The position numbers and the translations under genes are program-made. The notes below the pieces were generated by a model that saw nothing but the letters and a program-made list of their open reading frames with translations, had not been told where the DNA came from and made no database searches. 20,000 nucleotides of DNA. Source: an uncultured virus (IMG/VR IMGVR_UViG_3300025012_000071) (lineage: Duplodnaviria > Heunggongvirae > Uroviricota > Caudoviricetes). Location: the IMG/VR virus record IMGVR_UViG_3300025012_000071. One strand, 5' to 3'. This document shows, one piece after another, positions 15,128-20,000 of this stretch; within the stretch, counting starts at the first letter, position 1; the number at the start of each line of letters is the position of its first letter.

Positions 15128-15352
15128 TTATTCAACAAAATCAATCTTATAAGTAGATGGTTCGCCGTTTTCCCAAAAGTAGGGGTTTTTTCTTATCTCT
15201 AGGTCGAATCCCATTATCCTGAGTGCCTGCTTTATCCCGGATAGTTCGTGGTCAATTCTGGTTACTCCGGTTTCGCCTTTGCAGTGCTTATTATTTATGT
15301 CCAACAGGGATAGTTTGTTGTTAACCAGTTCCCTTACGTTAGTTATGCTCAT
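15128..15352 (-). CDS. hypothetical protein, first gene of the leftward operon
   Basis: GAGGGG SD downstream of a promoter. Confidence 0.7.
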   Translation of the reverse strand: MSITNVRELVNNKLSLLDINNKHCKGETGVTRIDHELSGIKQALRIMGFDLEIRKNPYFWENGEPSTYKIDFVE

Positions 15353-15401
15353 TCAGTGCATCCCCTCTCGTTGTTATTTTGTTGCTGTGTTCCATGTGCT
15401 T

Positions 15402-15471
15402 ATACTATCATGTGGATACCCATACCGTCTAGCCCGATTTAACGTCATATTCAGCTATTTATGGATACCCA
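15402..15471 (-). promoter_or_regulatory. promoter with TGGATACCCA operator boxes
   Basis: TAGACG-18-(TGn)TAGTAT; boxes at 15413-15422 and 15462-15471. Confidence 0.6.
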
Positions 15472-15485
15472 GCTTATCCAGCCTA

Positions 15486-15686
15486 CTAGATACTAGCCGT
15501 ATCTGCCTTTTTCATAGTTTTTTGATATTCCGCAATTTCTTTTTTGATAGCAGTTCTGGCTATTTCCGATGCTGGAACCCGCGTATTTGTTGATATTTCG
15601 GCTAGTTTTGCTTTATCTTCTATAGACAGGCGCAAATTAAAACTTTCCCAGCCTTCTCTATATTTTTCTTTCCGCTTTGCTGACAT
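15486..15686 (-). CDS. ribbon-helix-helix regulator
   Basis: SFNLRLSIEDKAKLAEIS.....SEIARTAI; start ATG 15686 (GGAGGTG SD). Confidence 0.75.
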   Translation of the reverse strand: MSAKRKEKYREGWESFNLRLSIEDKAKLAEISTNTRVPASEIARTAIKKEIAEYQKTMKKADTASI

Positions 15687-15705
15687 TTGAATCACCTCCA
15701 ATGAT

Positions 15706-15739
15706 AGTATAACATACTGGATATCCATATGGCAACCCA
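15706..15739 (-). promoter_or_regulatory. promoter of the RHH gene with palindromic operator
   Basis: TTGCCA-18-(TGn)TATACT; TGGATATCCA at 15718-15727 and TGGCAACCCA at 15730-15739. Confidence 0.7.
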
Positions 15740-15965
15740 GCTTTTCCGCTACTATAGAAACAACACGAAAACCCCTGCAAACGTGCTTGTAGTGACCATA
15801 CACAAATTGGAGGTACAAACATACCTGCAATGTGTTTTGTGTGGCTGTATGGGCGCTGTGGCGAAGCTGTTTTTGTTGTGGAGGGTGTGGAGAAGAGAAA
15901 AGTGTATCTATTTTCTATGGATATGCGGAAAACGTAAAGTTTTTCTTGTTTTCGGGGTTTAACCG

Positions 15966-15974
15966 TGATAAAAT
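15966..15974 (+). promoter_or_regulatory. extended -10 promoter, candidate late promoter
   Basis: TGnTAAAAT without a good -35, upstream of the RepL/terminase block. Confidence 0.4.
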
Positions 15975-16050
15975 GATATAGTGGGAGTTTTATACCATGT
16001 TTTTTTATTTGTGTCTGCCTACTGTTTTAGGTAGACGAATACTGTTTGTG

Positions 16051-16078
16051 GAGCATCCGAGAGGGTGCTTTTTGTTTT
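16051..16078 (+). terminator. intrinsic terminator-like hairpin in the leader
   Basis: GAGCATCC-GAGA-GGGTGCTT followed by TTTGTTTT. Confidence 0.6.
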
Positions 16079-16263
16079 GTATAGAAGCGAGAGAAAAACC
16101 GACCATGCAAAGATACCTATATATCTTTTATATGCATCTTTTCGTGACCAAAACCTGCAAAGCCAGAAATACCAACGGTTTGAGTTGTTTTTTACTGTTG
16201 GTTTTTTTGCGTGTTTTGACTTTCGAAATAGTACGAAAAACCAACGAGAAATCAGGTGGTAAA

Positions 16264-16785
16264 ATGCTCAAAGAAACACGCTACATAGAAGAGGAAACAG
16301 GAGAGTTGCGCGGAAAAAATGTGCGCTACATAGCATCGTCTTTTGACGAGGAAAAAGGTTATCTGTTTTGGGCGCGGAAAGGTTTCGCAAAATCCTTTTT
16401 GGATATAGACTTCCCACCTGAGACAACGATGAAAGAACGCGGACAAATGGCAACGTTGGCAAAGAAAATTTGGTCAAATACGAATATGCTCGGATACCGC
16501 GGAAATGGTGGAATACGTCCGTACAATGAAAAGCAAATTGGCGAAGTGATAGAACTAAAAGAATACCAGGCAAAGAAGTTTGTGCGTAAAATGATTGATC
16601 TGGGAATCATGGCAAAGGTGAATGTAGAAGCTGGAGAAAAGAAAGAAGTACATTTCTATGTCAACCCTATTTATTTTTTCAGCAGCAACAGGATACCTTT
16701 GAATCTATATCTGATATTCAGGAATCAACTGGATTGTTATTTGCCGGACTGGGTGAAAGCGAAGTATGCAGAGACAAAGAAGTAG
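16264..16785 (+). CDS. RepL-like winged-HTH replication/maintenance protein
   Basis: N-terminal EEETGE, HTH region, FYVNPIYF; start ATG 16264 (AGGTGG SD). Confidence 0.6.
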   Translation: MLKETRYIEEETGELRGKNVRYIASSFDEEKGYLFWARKGFAKSFLDIDFPPETTMKERGQMATLAKKIWSNTNMLGYRGNGGIRPYNEKQIGEVIELKEYQAKKFVRKMIDLGIMAKVNVEAGEKKEVHFYVNPIYFFSSNRIPLNLYLIFRNQLDCYLPDWVKAKYAETKK

Positions 16786-16836
16786 TTTATTGTATCTTAC
16801 ATAAGAATATCTAAGTAAATCGAGGTGAAATGTAAA

Positions 16837-17268
16837 ATGAGCGACCATGACAAATCTGTTCAGGCTAAAAGGGAAGCGTTCTTGGCCGCATATGCAGAAG
16901 TGGGAACGGTTACACATGCAGCCGAATTGGCCGGAATTAGCCGGACATCTCATTATCAATGGATGGAAAATGCTGAATACGTCGAACGATTCCGGGAAGC
17001 TGAGAAACAAGCCTGTGACCGACTAGAGCAGGAAGTCAGGCGTAGAGCCGTCGAGGGAGTTCTGGAGCCGGTATTCTATCAAGGTCAGGAGTGCGGAACG
17101 GTGCGGAAATACTCAGATACATTGCTTATATTCGCCACCAAAGGAGCTATGCCGCAGAAGTATAGGGAAAACGTATCAATGGAGCTCACGGGCGCTGACG
17201 GCGGCCCTGTAGATGTTCGCATAGCTGGGATGTCGGACGAGGAACTCGAAAAGTTGCTGGAGGATTAG
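16837..17268 (+). CDS. terS: terminase small subunit
   Basis: N-terminal HTH (AFLAAYAEVGTVTHAAELAGISR), RRAVEG..EPVFYQG, KYSDTLLIF; upstream of terL. Confidence 0.8.
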   Translation: MSDHDKSVQAKREAFLAAYAEVGTVTHAAELAGISRTSHYQWMENAEYVERFREAEKQACDRLEQEVRRRAVEGVLEPVFYQGQECGTVRKYSDTLLIFATKGAMPQKYRENVSMELTGADGGPVDVRIAGMSDEELEKLLED

Positions 17269-17283
17269 CCCAAAAGTAGGACA

Positions 17284-17311
17284 TGATCCGATAATAAATA
17301 TTATGTAAACT
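17284..17311 (+). other. dif-like XerCD (CodV/RipX) recombination site
   Basis: TGATCCGATAA-TAAATA-TTATGTAAACT; 11-6-11 layout, right arm identical to B. subtilis dif as I recall it. Confidence 0.8.
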
Positions 17312-17383
17312 AGACGTAACCCTGTAACCAGCATTATATAAGGGTTTGTGGATTTATATTATTATTTTGTTGGTTCAATTGTC

Positions 17384-17412
17384 AAATGTCCTTCACTGGT
17401 GGACATTTTTTC
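17384..17412 (+). terminator. hairpin with T-tract downstream of terS
   Basis: AAATGTCC-9nt-GGACATTT followed by TTTT. Confidence 0.45.
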
Positions 17413-17667
17413 GTTCTTGATCCATTTCACAACCGCAGGGTTGTGACACTGTATTGTACGCACAGAGCGCAGCGCATACGCCAGCAGGAGCGCGAGCGCA
17501 CGTATTTGGATAGGATATTCGCCAAAAAGAGGGGGTGGGGGCCAAATACCCCCGGTATGGATTGGCGGGACTCCGGCCGGTGGTACCGGTACTTTATGCT
17601 ATCGCTACCCATCGATTTATTATTTTACGTATATTTATAAAAATTAACTGAGAACGGGAGATTTGCT

Positions 17668-17943
17668 ATGATAATACCCGACAATATCAAGATATTAGGA
17701 CATAACTACACCATAATTATGATTGATGATAGAGAAAGCGGAGATTATGGGAGTCTTAATCCAAATACCAACACTATCCGCTTAAATAAAAACAAAACTC
17801 AAAGTCAGATTGAGTCAACTTTACTGCATGAGATTATTGAGGCACTTAATATTAACCTTGAATTAAGGTTGGAGCATCCGCAAATATCAGCACTTGAAGC
17901 AGGTCTATATCAGGTGATTAAGGATAACCAAATAACATTTTAA
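17668..17943 (+). CDS. phage metallopeptidase-like protein (HExxE variant)
   Basis: IKILGHNY...STLLHEIIEAL. Confidence 0.65.
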   Translation: MIIPDNIKILGHNYTIIMIDDRESGDYGSLNPNTNTIRLNKNKTQSQIESTLLHEIIEALNINLELRLEHPQISALEAGLYQVIKDNQITF

Positions 17944-17961
17944 CCGAGGACGGTATCTATT

Positions 17962-18192
17962 ATGGTTAAAAATATCAAAGCATTGAGAGATAAGAAGAAT
18001 GGTAAAGTCACAATTGAATCACTTGTTAGTGACTTGCAGGATGATGCTAATAGCGGAGAAGTGAAACAGTTAATTATTATTCAAGTTGACCAAAACGACA
18101 GAGTTTATACTGGTTGGTCAACTAATTCCATAGAGGCAATGGGATTAATGCAGGTGGGAATTAGTACAGTTTATGCGGAAATGAAAACATAA
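17962..18192 (+). CDS. hypothetical protein
   Basis: 76-aa ORF in the operon with GAGG upstream. Confidence 0.6.
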   Translation: MVKNIKALRDKKNGKVTIESLVSDLQDDANSGEVKQLIIIQVDQNDRVYTGWSTNSIEAMGLMQVGISTVYAEMKT

Positions 18193-18204
18193 CAAGGTGA
18201 TCTT

Positions 18205-19803
18205 ATGACTGACCAACAAAAGGAAAAGAAAAAACTATCCGCTCAGAAGTTAAGAGAAAAAGCGTCCTTAAAAGTCGAGTTGGAATTTCGTAAATCCTCT
18301 AAGAGTGTAGAGTATTTTATAGATAAATACGCCTACATAGAAGATAGAGACGTTACTGATTTAGTCGCTAAACTTAATTTATGGGACGGTCAGAAGGAAG
18401 CGTTAAGGAAAATTATTGACAGTAAATTGTCGATTATTCTTAAAGCGCGGCAGTTAGGTTTTACTTGGTTGTCTCTTATCTACGGATTACACGGGGTTAT
18501 ATTTAGACCCGGTTATTCTGTTGTTGCTCTATCTAAGAGGGAAGAAGATGCTAAGGAACTTATCAGGCGTATATGCTTTATTCTGAGGTATTTACCTTCA
18601 TGGATGATTCGGCACGTTAAAGGTACTCCGAAGCAATATCCTAACCCTACGTGGGATTCAACGGTATTGTCGGTTACTATCTATCATAAAGGCAAGGAAC
18701 CTGCTGTTTTTAACGCTATGTCTGCCGGTCCTGACAGTGGACGTTCTTTCACGGCAAACCTTGTAATACTCGATGAATGGGCGTTTCAGATGTTTGCTAG
18801 AGATATTTGGTCTGCTGCTTATCCGACAATTAACCGTCCTACTGGTGGACAGGTTATTGGGTTGTCTACCGCTAAAAAAGGTACCTTATTTGAAGAAATA
18901 TTTTGGAAGGCGTACAACGGCGAGAATACGTTTACGCCTATATTTATGCCTTGGAGTACCGACCCTAGACGTACTCAGGATTGGTATGAGCAGGTTAAAA
19001 AGGACTTACCTCATAGTTATATGGCAGAGTATCCAGCGACTCCAGAAGAGGCGTTTACTGCCGGTGAAGGGCAGTTCTTTAAAGAGTTTCGTCGTGATGT
19101 GCATACCATTAAACCGCTTAAGATACCGTCGTGGTGGAAACGGTTCTGCTCGTTAGACTATGGACTTGATATGACCGCTTGTTATTGGTGGGCAGTTTCA
19201 CCGGAGGGCATTTTATATGCTTATCGTGAGTTGTATCAATCGGACTTAACACTAAGTCAAGCGGCGAAAAAGATTATCTCCATGACACCTAAAGACGAGA
19301 AAATAAGTTATACGGTTGCTTCTCCTGACTTGTGGAATAGACGGCAAGAGACAGGTACAAGCGGCAGGGAGATAATGAATCGTGCCGGACTTAATAACCT
19401 CCGCAAAGCAAAGCATGAACGTAAAGCAGGGTGGAGAGCAGTAAGAGAATATTTGTTAGTTAGGGAAGAAAAGCAGGACGTTATTACCGATGAAGGTATA
19501 AAAACTGAGATTTCTTTTACCGCTAAACTAAAGATATTCGATACCTGCAAGAATATGATACGTTGCTTGCCGTTGCTAGAGCATGACAAGAATGACTCAG
19601 AGGATGCGGCAGATACTCCACATGAGGTCACACACAGCAACGAATCCCTTAGATATTCAGTAATGTCAAGACCTCCCATTTCTAAGGATGAAAAGTTTAA
19701 CTTTCCCGATGATATGTCGTTGTCTGAGCAGTCAGCAGTTTTAAATAACATTGCGTTTGAAAAAGAATATGAGAAGTTGCAGGAACATATTGTATGTTTT
19801 TGA
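18205..19803 (+). CDS. terL: terminase large subunit
   Basis: Walker A LKARQLGFTW, Walker B VILDEWAF, coupling motif GLST, nuclease LDYG and H..ESLRY. Confidence 0.93.
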   Translation: MTDQQKEKKKLSAQKLREKASLKVELEFRKSSKSVEYFIDKYAYIEDRDVTDLVAKLNLWDGQKEALRKIIDSKLSIILKARQLGFTWLSLIYGLHGVIFRPGYSVVALSKREEDAKELIRRICFILRYLPSWMIRHVKGTPKQYPNPTWDSTVLSVTIYHKGKEPAVFNAMSAGPDSGRSFTANLVILDEWAFQMFARDIWSAAYPTINRPTGGQVIGLSTAKKGTLFEEIFWKAYNGENTFTPIFMPWSTDPRRTQDWYEQVKKDLPHSYMAEYPATPEEAFTAGEGQFFKEFRRDVHTIKPLKIPSWWKRFCSLDYGLDMTACYWWAVSPEGILYAYRELYQSDLTLSQAAKKIISMTPKDEKISYTVASPDLWNRRQETGTSGREIMNRAGLNNLRKAKHERKAGWRAVREYLLVREEKQDVITDEGIKTEISFTAKLKIFDTCKNMIRCLPLLEHDKNDSEDAADTPHEVTHSNESLRYSVMSRPPISKDEKFNFPDDMSLSEQSAVLNNIAFEKEYEKLQEHIVCF

Positions 19804-19815
19804 GGGTGTGATTAA

Positions 19816-20000
19816 ATGGACTGGAAAAAACCATTTCGTGCGTTAAAAAAGAAGGTGAAAGAAATAGTAGCACCTGCTATAGAATACGATCAAGAGACAC
19901 TTGACTTGCTTAAATATTGGCAAGATCAGTTTGAGATTGACCGTCAGGCAAAGAAAAAATACGATCTTCTCATGGATTCATGGGAAAATATGTACAACGG
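19816..20000 (+). CDS. probable portal protein, 5' part (runs off the window)
   Basis: ATG 19816 with GAGGGTG SD directly after terL; assigned by position only. Confidence 0.55.
   Translation, partial: MDWKKPFRALKKKVKEIVAPAIEYDQETLDLLKYWQDQFEIDRQAKKKYDLLMDSWENMYN

Noticed and set aside
15997..16263. Hydrophobic 89-aa N-terminal extension of the RepL-like ORF
   Set aside because: It is a translation of T-rich regulatory sequence containing a terminator; the SD supports ATG 16264.
18773..19751. Alternative-frame and antisense ORFs within terL, and similar shadow ORFs elsewhere
   Set aside because: No SD or recognisable motifs; explained as shadows of real genes.
1..20000. CRISPR array, tRNA, IS element or integrase
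   Set aside because: No regularly spaced repeats, cloverleaf, transposase or recombinase motifs were seen.

Overview
This window is part of a tailed phage or prophage of a Firmicutes host, inferred from the GGAGG Shine-Dalgarno (SD) sites and a Bacillus-type dif arm. It has three blocks. (1) 1-9875, + strand: a DNA-metabolism and modification operon. It encodes a C5-cytosine methyltransferase with a nested out-of-frame gene, a PAPS-reductase-like PP-loop protein preceded by about 230 nt of structured non-coding sequence, DUF1653, a thymidylate-synthase-like protein, DUF3310, MazG-like and RuvC-like proteins, a TGT/DpdA-like transglycosylase, a VUT/YhhQ queuosine-precursor transporter and an ArpU/RinA-like activator. 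(2) 9882-15740, - strand: about 20 small ORFs driven by sigmaA-type promoters with palindromic operators and two ribbon-helix-helix (RHH) regulators. Most spaced gene junctions here carry a structured RNA: a pistol ribozyme, a type II hammerhead ribozyme, four related long hairpins and three compact H-type pseudoknots next to SD sites. This is the most striking feature of the window. (3) 15966-20000, + strand: a RepL-like protein, small terminase, a dif-like Xer site, large terminase and the start of a probable portal gene. All calls come from manual motif and base-pair reading; no database searches were run.
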